Source: Trichoplax adhaerens
Taxonomy: Eukaryota; Animalia; Placozoa
Assembly (NCBI RefSeq): GCF_000150275.1
Contig: NW_002060943.1
Span: 11,904,878 to 11,968,877 of the forward strand
Direction: 5' to 3'
Length of the DNA: 64,000 bases
Positions 11,029 to 22,100 of this stretch are shown in pieces. The notes under the pieces were generated by a model. That model ran no database searches, was not told where the DNA came from, and was given only the letters and a program-made list of their open reading frames with translations. A program made the translations under genes and the position numbers. How positions within the stretch are numbered: the stretch's first letter is position 1; the number at the start of each line of letters is the position of its first letter.

Positions 11029-11202
11029 CGTTTACTTAATCTACTCTAACTAGGGATAATTCAACGTATACTCATACATGCAGAGAGGATGAATTATCAA
11101 CGCGCTAAAATGAATCGGAATAGATCAGTCCGTTTTGGGCTGTTCTTTTCCTAAACCATTTTATGATTATTTTTCATAGTTACTCTGAATTCTGCAAATA
11201 CG

Positions 11203-11627
11203 AGTAGATTGCATAAAATGGAGTCAATTTAGTCTTCATATGCTATACTGTACGTTATTGCAGCCGTCCTGAAAATCTTGCAGTACAAGCATTAATTTTG
11301 TTACCAGTAGATTGTATAAAATGGAGTCAATTTAGTCTGCATATGCTATACTGTACGTTATTACAGCTGTCCTGAAAATCTTGCAGTACAAGCATTAATT
11401 TTGTTACCAGTAGATTGTATAAAATGGAGTCAATTTAGTCTGCATATGCTATACTGTACGTTATTGCAGCCGTCCTGAAAATCTTGCAGTACAAGCATTA
11501 ATTTTGTTACCAGTAGATTGCATAAAATACTGTCAATTCAGTTCAATTAAATTTAGTGTTCATATACTTATACTGTACGTTATTACAGCCGTCCTGAGAT
11601 CTTGAAGTACAAGCATTAATCTTGTTT
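11203..11627. repeat. Tandem repeat, 103-bp unit x4 (last copy diverged)
   Basis: AGTAGATTG(C/T)ATAAAATGGAGTCAATTTAGTC...GTACAAGCATTAATTTTGTTACC starts at 11203, 11306, 11409 and 11512. Confidence 0.95.
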
Positions 11628-13137
11628 AGCTATACTGCAAGTTTTCAAGGCTTGTTTGTCAGTATTCCATTGAGTCATTCAACAGTAGATATTATGTACA
11701 TTACGAGTAGACATTTTATTATCATATCAACTAAAAACTTATAGATGCTTGCTTTTTTTTCATTTATAACTATCACTCATTCAACCTGGAAAATAAAATC
11801 GACAAACATCTTGCAAATCATGCGAAAACAATTCCTCTCTGATTCTCGACAAAGTGGATGGTGATGACATGATTCAGTATAAGTAGACATAAATGGTGAG
11901 CAGGTAATAAATGACTCAAGTCTGAGACTTGAAATAATGCCATTCACTCCTTTGGCAGTAGTATTGTACTGTTAATCCACTCCAATAGTGTTGATCAGAT
12001 GTACTAGTCTATCTCTATGAAAGATTAATAAAGTATTTGAACTACTTTACCTGTTCAATGCACTGTAGACTATATTTATTACAGTAGTATCTAGGGTATT
12101 GAAGAGTGCCTACACCTTAGTACGCATTTATCATTGGATGATTTATATCTATTTGCATACTGTGTTGGATAGGAGCAAATTGAGTATTTGTGATTGTAGA
12201 CTTTTATAGCTTACCGACAAAGCTATCGCTGCAACGCAACCTTCATACTACGTTCAATGTGTATGCGTACTACGGTACGAGTGAAATGGAACATGCTTTA
12301 GAGCGATTGAAATAAATAAATAAAACTAAAACTAATGCTGCAATCCGGTGCCTGAGCAGTTGTCAATCTTGAATTGGACTTGTTTCAACGAACATAAATG
12401 CATGCGAGCCTACATATAGGCGTATATATTGAAGAAATCGGATTGCAAAAATTGCCATTCTGTACTTTGAAAGATATTACTATATATTAGTGATCATTCT
12501 GTTACAAAAATTGATACACAGGCGTATTCCAAGAGGATCTTGGGTAGTTGTAAATACTTCGTAGTGTACTTAGCAAATCATTTACATAGTTCTGACTACA
12601 ATTCGCTAAAAGAAATAGGTTTTGGTCATTTGAGTTCCAATAGTGTATTACACTCTGAAATATATTTAATTATAACACAAACTGATAATTATGGGCCGTA
12701 AAATTAGCATTGGTCGCAATTGAAACATTATCTTACAGAGCTAGTGTATAGCATCTCACGCTGGCTGATTGCAAAGTGATCAAATCATCCTTAGACATGT
12801 AGTATAAAATTACAAATTTAGAATGATTTTACATAACATGTAAAGGAGGTCCAAAATGATAAATATTAAATATCAGTCTGTAAGGTAGTGCTGTACAGCA
12901 AACGCAGCCGTCAATGGCTAATTTATGTGGTGCTTCCTATAGCGCAAGCTGATTGCGAATCATATAAGGTATAATGTAAAAACAACTCTATAACTTAGCA
13001 TCAGTGTTTACTTTTTTCGTAAGAAAAAATAACACTAGTACAGTATTTAGATTTTTTCATAAACGCCTCTACTGTGTTGATTTGCGTTGAGGTAATAGCA
13101 CCAATGAAAATATACAGACGACAACAAAGATTAAAGC

Positions 13138-15195
13138 TCAATCAGTATCATCTTCATCGCTAAAATAAGAACTTGGTTTAAGCATTTTCCTTTTAGAAGA
13201 ATTTTGATGCGACTTTTCAGAACCACCCCTGGCTGCGGCCATTTCTGCAACTTTCCTCCGAGCTTCTTCTTCAGCAGTTTCTTGGATAGCATGGCTTAAT
13301 GTATAATCATCGAATTCACCCTCATCGTCTACGTTATCAACTCTACATTTCATTTTTAAAATGCCAAGGAAATCAATATTATTTTTTTACTTAATAGTTA
13401 AGTAGAGCGACACAACCGTGATGTGTCTAAAAATACAATTGGTACACTCTATACAATAAAAATTTTTCTTACTCTACATTATCATGATCAGGGCTACTAG
13501 GCATAATTTTGCGCTTTTTCTTTGGTTTCTTGGGAGGCTCCCTGGTGCCAAGAATATTCTTTGGACAAGCATAGCTTAGATGGCCAAATTCCTTTATTTC
13601 ATAGACAGAAAAAAAAAATTGAGATATATGAGTATATTCAGCAAAAGATGTAAATTAATTAATTATCAGACATTCATTGATGCAAAATTATACGGGACAT
13701 AAGAGGCGTAGTGCATATAAAAGTTATTGGGAATCGAACAGTACAATGTACTAATGGTGTTAAAGTTAGGCAGAAGTATAGCAAGTGTGTATGTGTATAT
13801 TGCATATATCTTCAGCAGGTCATTATTAAAGCTGTGTTCGCCATTATAGATCAGCTTAAGACACAACTGATTGCCTCACTACAAGATTCATCACTTATGC
13901 TATAAAAGACATAGTATTGGATACCGCATACTTTAGCACTACGTAAGATAATTAAGGTTTACGGTTTCTTCTTATCAATTACTCATGCATACTGTTAAGT
14001 ATTAAATGTTTTCTGATCATGACTTACGCCACATTCAAAACATCTAGTTTTATCCGGATAATTCTTTCTTTTAATATAATCGCTAGCCCTACCATTATCA
14101 TGAGCTATACTGCATTTGATCGTTCTTCCTATAACCTAATAAGCGGCCAATAAAACTTGGTTAAGGAAAGGGTATTAACAGTAATTTGATATCTCTCGTA
14201 ATTGATCTACTTTAAGAATAAAGAGAAATTTATGTTGCAAATTTTTATATTTACCCTTAAAAAATTAATCGGCTGATTTAACTATCCGAATTCATTAATT
14301 ATATACGTGTATAATTTTATCGTATTGCATGTAAGATAGATTTATAGTACAGTGTAGCATGTACTGGTATGTACGTTTACAATAAAGATTTGTTTCGAAC
14401 CTCGGTGTTATTAAGTGCTTCAACAGCTGCTAGGGCTGAAGGTCTTTCTAAAAATAAAATGAAGGCAACTCCCTTGCTTTCCCTAGTTTCTTTATTTTTC
14501 ATGATGGTAACTTTAACAATTTTGCCGTGCTTACAAAATAGCTGCAGAAGAGGAAGTCAAAGTAAAATGATTAGAAGATAATCCATTGGTAAGATGAATG
14601 ACCCTTAGAACAAAACAACTCTACAAGTTAGGATATATCAAGTTGATAGATGTAGGAATGCAAGAATATCATCACATTTGTACAATTTGGTACTACAACC
14701 TACCTCACTGGATATCTATGATTAAGTTAGTGGTTGTTATTCAGCAAAACTATAGCTTCAATGTTTTATGAATTATTCGTTTAGTTACCCGCACCGTTAA
14801 CTACTAGTCGGCCTCAATACGTTCTGTATACGTAAAACAGATTCTGGTATACGAGTCTAGAGGTAAATACTAACAAAATTATCGACCTACTGTAGCACAG
14901 GAGAGCGAGAAGTGATACGTAGTCAACATCTCTGTATCCAATTCGCTTCTAGCTTTCTCGATGCATATAATAATTTACAAGTGTAAAGTTGGATAACTTG
15001 TTTATCACTATACTCTATGTTGATATGGTAACGATGATACCAAATTATTTATCATTTTTACAAGTCTATAAAAACGAGTTGATAATAAGAGAAATTCACC
15101 AGTCGAAATACCTTGTGTATGTCATTATTTGTCATGCTGAATGGTAAATTAGAGACATAAACTGTCGATCTACTCGGTGCCAGACCGCCGCTCAT
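13138..15195 (-). CDS. ZCRB1: U11/U12 snRNP 31-kDa protein (RRM + CCHC zinc knuckle), 5 exons
   Basis: [28 protein letters not shown]|[31 protein letters not shown]...|[36 protein letters not shown]|[22 protein letters not shown]..., ending [11 protein letters not shown]; closely matches the ZCRB1 signature. Confidence 0.96.
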
Positions 15196-15589
15196 TGCTG
15201 TGTTGTTATTCCAATCGCTTTGGATCTTGCGTGTAAGAGTATACAGTAAAGTTAACGCTTATGCAGCATTACAAGTGATGAATAGCTCAATCTATACAGT
15301 AGATAGCATCAGTTTTGATACTAGCAGTTACTAATTAGCTAATAATTGGTCATCGTCCAGAAATAGTGAGTGGATGAGCTGATTTTATTCTCATTATAAG
15401 TCTAAATGTATATTATATAACTATTTATAAACATGGATGGGTTGGGGGATAAATGTTGGTTTCCTGCTGTGTGGTTCCACTGACGAGTTGGTATACAATG
15501 CACTATACTGTATCGCAGTCAGTAGTAAAATTACTATTGTTCAGTATCATATAATCGTGTACAATGCGCTCGCATAGTATACCAATATA

Positions 15590-15720
15590 CGCTACAGTAC
15601 CGTCCACTGTATTTACAGTACTATGTCCAGTCCATTACGTACTGTACACTGTACATAATACTGTAAGATATTGTAAGACAGATAGACGGACTTGCCTTCG
15701 TAACGGAAGACAGACAGCGG
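15590..15720. promoter_or_regulatory. Divergent ZCRB1/XPO5 promoter with TACAG island and GACAGATAGACGGA motif
   Basis: Lies between ATG 15195 (-) and ATG 16153 (+); contains GTACTGTACACTGTAC, with the motif at 15677-15690. Confidence 0.55.
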
Positions 15721-16152
15721 ATTGCTAGCTCATTCGTCTTTGATGGAGATTTACGAGGAGTAACAGAATTTGTATTGGAATTATTTTAAAAGTTTAAAGT
15801 TACTCAAAGTGAAAGGAGTATAATAGCCTTTAAGCCGATATAAGAAAATTTAAATACACCGTTATTGTAGGTATAGTAGATCTGGAAAGAAATTATCCTT
15901 TGTTACTTCACTGAAAATGTTCATTGATGAATCCATCATACAATATGTATATTTGAACGACTGGTGATCTTTACGTTGTTGCATACTGGTGGATTAAGAA
16001 TTTATATCTCACTGCAAAGTGTAAAGTTAAAAAGTGATTCAAATAGATTATTAATACTTGAATTATATTAATTAACTTGTTAGCTACCAATATCTACATT
16101 TATATAAACTCGAAGAACCAAAGCACTATTAGATTTGACCTGTACTTTCATC

Positions 16153-19100
16153 ATGGATCCAATGATGTTGACTCCTGAAATTGAAGGAGAAGTTCAACAA
16201 CTTGCAATGGTAGTGGGAGAAGTCCTTAATCCAGCTACTAGTCAACAGCGACGACATGAATTGTATATGGTAGGTATAAATATTACGAATCAATTTTCTT
16301 CAAACGTATTCATAGTTTACTATCGCTGCATAATACTGTATGTACCTGCAGTTTAAACTGCAGCTTTGATACAGAATTACATGTATGAATTACCTGAGGT
16401 TAGACCTGAGAAAGTTTCGGTGCGGTTCAAACCGTTATGATCTATAGCTGAGGTAGCTCAACGTGCACGTTCTCATACCCGCTACGTATGCAATAAGCTC
16501 AGGATAACGTGGATAGCTACGTATACTTATGCTTCATCATCATCGAAGGCAATGGAAGCCTTACGTGCATGTTTTCGTAGACGTCTATTACGTCCAAATT
16601 CATACATGTATACAATGATTATTTTAAGCTTCTTATTTCAAGTATTCTAAATTACTTCGCACCTGATAGTGTGTTAAACCTTATGAATTATCATACGAGT
16701 ATACTGTATTAGACAGTGGAGATACTAAAAAATTTTTGAGGGTCTTTAGTGTACGGTCGGTGTACATTGCTCTGGTGGATTGTAATCCTAAAAAATAATA
16801 TTTAGCACACGATCTGCTGTGGATGCTTTCAATCCTATAATTAATAGTATATAATTTAATACCTCATTTTAATTTTTGTATTTTATAGATTTGTGAAGAT
16901 ATTAAGGAGAAGTCTACGAATTGTCCAAGATTAGGTTTGGCACTTAGCCAGCAAAATTATCCATCTCTCACTCGTCACTTTGGATTACAATTGCTAACAC
17001 ATTGTGTCAGGTGCGTACAGATCTCCTAATTTAGCTTAAATAGAATTAATACGATTTACACTGAAATGGCTACCTATTCAATAAATATACCTAGAGTATA
17101 CGCCTATGCTTTTTATGTAGCTAGTACAACAAGATCATTTGCAAATTGAAATCGATCACACTCTTGATAGCAGGTTTAGAATGTGTAACTTGTACAACTA
17201 GTATGACAAATTATACTAATTTTCTTACCATCTACTTTGATTTTAAATGTAGCAAATATACTACGTGTTTCTCTTGCTTATTAATACAATAAATAGCAGT
17301 ATAGTAGAGTTTTTTATTAAGTACTAAACCTGTGCTTCTAAAAATCTATGATAAACAGGTTGTTTTTGATCTATATTCTGCAGACTATAGAGTCAGGAAA
17401 GGATGCTTTGCATAATGTAGTCATTCGTTTTAATATATATTTATTGTGCTAACTGTAATAGTACTCTGCTTTGCCCAATATACCCGTATCGTATTGCATT
17501 ATGGCATATATCAGTAGGCAGTAATGTCATTAATCACTCATTATAGCGTACTGTAAATGTAAGTGTAGGCTGTTTAAGGATACCACATACATTGTAGTGT
17601 TTTACTGATCGTTACATAAACAAAGTTAGGACTTGGATAGCCAATAGAGATACTGTCAGCTCTATATATGAAATTCTTACCTGGCTATGTATATTTAGAT
17701 TCCGCTGGCAAAATAAAATCAGTAATGATGAAAAGGCCGGGATTAAGAATCGATCAATAGAGTTAATACAGGTGTGTAGCTCAATTTTTGTAATTGCAAT
17801 AACCTTAGTTACAGATGATTTATATAGTTTTTTAAGGTATACTATGTCATAGTTTCGTACTTTGTCAATCTGACTGATAACTTTGTTTTAAGGAAATTAA
17901 GCCAGGTGTAATGGAAGAGATTTACATTGTGGACAGTATAAGCCGATTGTTGGTCGAGCTGATGAAAAGAGAGTGGCCTCAACATTGGCCGGACTTGATG
18001 AATCGACTTCTAGATTTATGTAATATGGGGGTAAGTGTATTGACTTGACATTACTAATTTTGATAATAATACATGTATGACTATGATATAATTGATAGCA
18101 TAATCCATATAAACAACCCCAACAAATAATGTTTATGAACTGTGTGTAATAATTTTATTTGGGCCCTTTTTTATTTGATTCGATTAATGCTTACTATTTG
18201 CTAACATGTGCTATTTCTATTTCTTGCGATATCTGATAAATATAGCCTAGTCAGGTAGAAGTTACGCTATTAATATTATTAAGATTGGCGGAAGATATTA
18301 TAATTGGCCAGGATACTGCTTTATTGCATCAAAGCTGTACAGTAATGAAACAAGCGTTATGGCCACATTTGTTCTCTATATTCGGTTTATTTTCTGCAAC
18401 ATTAAATGAATGCATTAAATCAGTAAATACGCAGGCAAGTTAATCGTATACGATTTTTTATTCAATAATTGCAAATCATGCATTATTTTGGTCACAGTTG
18501 AAGAAAGCGCTGTCGATAATCGTTGTTATCTCATAATAGAATATAATTAACACGAATCGTCTCGCTAACTCCACGTTAATGGCTATGACCGGTTACTTGG
18601 ATTGGGTCAATCATTCATACGTCAAAGGAAATGATTATGAACTTTTAAAGCTTCTGCTAATCCTGCTAGCAAATGAAAATCTTAAAATTGCAGCTTCTGA
18701 GTGCTTATTACAAGTAACTGGGAGAAAAAGCGAATCGGTACGTTTAACAACTGCAATTGAAAAAGAAATTAATCATAAGATTCATAAAAATTAATTCCTT
18801 TTGTAGTCGGAAAATTATGCTTCCCTAGTGGAATTTTTTCTATATGATTCTTGCTTGGATACTCTTTGTTCAGCAGCTAAGTATGATACAACGAATGAAA
18901 TTATAAAACTGTTAATACACTTATCTTTACCACAGTAAAAATTCACACCAGTAACATTTGGTAAGACTTAATACTTAATAATTCATTCAGAGAAGCGGCA
19001 GAAGTCAGTGAAACAGACTTGGAAAACTTTAATTATTTCAGGCGCCTATGTCAGATAATTACTAATATTGGATCTGTACTAATTACCCTTGCGTGGGTAA

Positions 19101-22100
19101 CGAGCATAAATTGCCTGGCTATTTTTATTCTCATTTACCCTATTAATTATTTGTACATGTATTTATATTATATTTTTAAAATTACTTCTTCAGGAAAATT
19201 GTCAATATCAGCCATCCACTAATCTTAAGAAGTACCTGAATATTATTTTAGCTTTGACAAATCATCCTTGTCAAACTGTCTCAGCAATTGCCCAACCTTT
19301 ATGGATATCATTTATGAGCTCTGAACATATAAGAAAGAATGATGTACTTCGTGAGATTATTCCTGGCGTTTTATCCAATATACATTGCCGACTTATAAAA
19401 GTAATTCATTTCAATCGATTCTGAACTGTATCATCCTCATAGCCTACTCAATAGCTATTGTTAACTTTAGGTGAATGATTTAAACTCTGCACAAATTCCT
19501 GGAATTGAATACTTGCGTATGGAATTCTCATGCAACCGAGATTACTATTCTTTTATGTCTCGTACGTCTTTATGATGTTCTATTCTCTTAATTGATATTA
19601 ACTTCCAACTGGAAATCTAAAAGACTTTGTTACATTCTTATTCGTAGAGTATAAATCATCTGAAATTACGATCATCAAACTGGCCACTAAGCTACTTCCA
19701 GAGGCTGCGTTCAAGAAAGGAATAGAATGGCTAGATAGCATTATTTATCAGTCAAATGAAGATGATGGTACTTTGGTGATCGTAGTTTCACAAAGCTCGA
19801 TTTTATTACTAATCATAGCAATTTAAATTTTAGGAAGCCATTCTTACACCGTCGACTCTACGCTATATATTCAGTGGGAAGCTGTCGCATGCTATTTAGA
19901 AAAGATGATAGGGATTCTTTTTGTCGCGGATAGCAGTACGAAGGTAAATTAGCTTCAAGTTTACGTGAAAGAAGTTATCAAGAAGTAGTTTTTAATCTAA
20001 AAAATTTTTCATTTTATTTAGCCTTCAATAGCTATGTGTAACGAAATGATTTCGGTATTGCTAAGGTGTAAAATAAAGGTAACGTATTCTGAAGCTTTGA
20101 CAGTTAACTTGATGCATACTCGATTTCATTAATTACGTCATACGTTCTGCAATCAACAGGATCCAGTACTGCTAACTGCCCAGCTTTCTTGTCTTAATGC
20201 CTTCTTTCCGTGCCTAGTTTTCTCTCAAAGTACTCTAGGTGGAATGTTGCAATTGGTACTTATTAGTTCATAGTTACGATTGTTTTGACATATTCTAAAT
20301 CACATCGTTTCGAGATGTTGTAAAATTGCAATACTACAGTATACCATGCCATATTGCATATACGTATATATATATAAGAATATATCAGATTTTACCTTCA
20401 AAAGAAATAATTTCTAACTTATGTTCGTATTTTTTGCTAATGTCAAGATATTTGACGTTGCTAGCAGATCCTTTGAAGCCCAAGAAGTTAGTAATACACG
20501 ATCTTAAAAAATTAGAATTAATCTTAAATGAATTATTACTGACTAAGCGTTCTATAACATTTAATAAATTAAGAAACAAGCGGCTAGAAATGAAAATTGG
20601 GTTGCTGTTCGCAGAAAAGCTACGGGACTTCTAGTAAAATTATCGAAACAATATCCTCAATTCTTATTGGTCAGTAAATGGCTGACGTTTTAATAGAAAT
20701 AACTAATACTATGCATGTAGTTATTTCATTTATCAAATTACAATTATATTAATTACTTATTATTTTCGAGTAGCCGTTATATGATGATTTAGTAACCGCA
20801 ATTAAACCCTTACTAAATCGGGAGCTGTCAATACTACGAGTTACTGACTATTGTAATTTGATCGAATCATTATTATTACTGAGGTTAGAATCTATTACAA
20901 AGATTTCAAATTATTATTTAGGAGTGTGGGTAATTATAGGCCTAATTAAGTAAATTTCTTGCAAATATCTCTTTATTCTAGTAATATTTTTTACAATTTC
21001 GACCGCCACTGTTTCCTAATCCACGATTTACTAACTTCTGTTCGAACTGTTTGGTTGTCTACTGAAATTAGAACGTAAGTATTGGAATAAAGTCTCTTGT
21101 TCTAGATTAAAATCTCTTTTATATGAAGATATTATTCCGCAATCTTAGCAAAAAGATCCTTTATCAATCAGGTATAAATTCACAGCTAAAAACTTTATTT
21201 TAAACTTTACTCTATATTAGTGGTTTTTCAACGCCGAGTGCTTTTTTGAATTACATTGGCTTCGATTCACCAGATACAACTCGTACGTAACTTATTTTTA
21301 AATTCTGAGAAGTCAAGCTATGAAGTTACTTACCTTTAGCGATATTGTTGCACTTTATGTAGAGTATGTTATAAAATATTAATGTATAGCGTATGCGGCT
21401 GTTATGATAAAGATCTTATAATATTCGTCGTATTGTAGACGTTCAAACAGAGTGTTTAAAAAATCGTTTGAAGGTGAGGTTTTGTATACAGCATAAGATT
21501 TAACGATTGTAGCCTTGCGGATATTGATACTAGCAATTTAAGAATACCCTATCAATAAATTACATATGTCACCGAAATATTTCAAAATGTTACTGTATTT
21601 TTTCTAAATTATTGATTGCGTTGCCAACGATGTTTTAAATATTTTTGTTATCAATAGATTAATTATTGTTTGAGTATCATTTTAACAACTTTGAAAGCCG
21701 TTGAGATACCATCTCCAATGACTGTGAGTAACTACTTCGGTATATTCGTACTATCTGATCGGAAAATCTTGAAATGATATCTTTCATTAAAAAATAGTCT
21801 GAAGCTGCTACTCAATACATTCATGGCAATTTTGAAGATGGTTCACCAAGATACCGTTTACCGCATGCGGAATCGATTTATCCGCTTCTGGATAACATTA
21901 TGGTTTTGACAAGGTTATTATTAAAAATATGCTTATACATTTATTGACCGTGTATTAAAGACGATATATTGCCTTTAACAAACTTATTATTATCTAGGTT
22001 GTTAAATTCATTATACGATGATAACGTACAAAAGAAATCCCAGTCCTTTAATTTATCCTATATCGATCTTCGGCTTTGTGAGAAAATTCAGTTATTAGGT

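Noticed and set aside
9800-11030. Structured region as telomerase RNA
   Set aside because: No CTAACCC/AACCCTA template for TTAGGG in the region, and no recognisable P6.1 or terminal H/ACA domain.
11203-11627. CRISPR array reading of the 103-bp repeat (and of the 4.5-5.3 kb array)
   Set aside because: Whole units are repeated without unique spacers, no cas genes are present, and the context is an intron-rich eukaryote.
11861-11925. C/D snoRNA (GTGATGA ... CTGA)
   Set aside because: No proper terminal stem, the D box is buried in a TCAAGTC-TGA-GACTTGA hairpin, and I recognise no rRNA complementarity.
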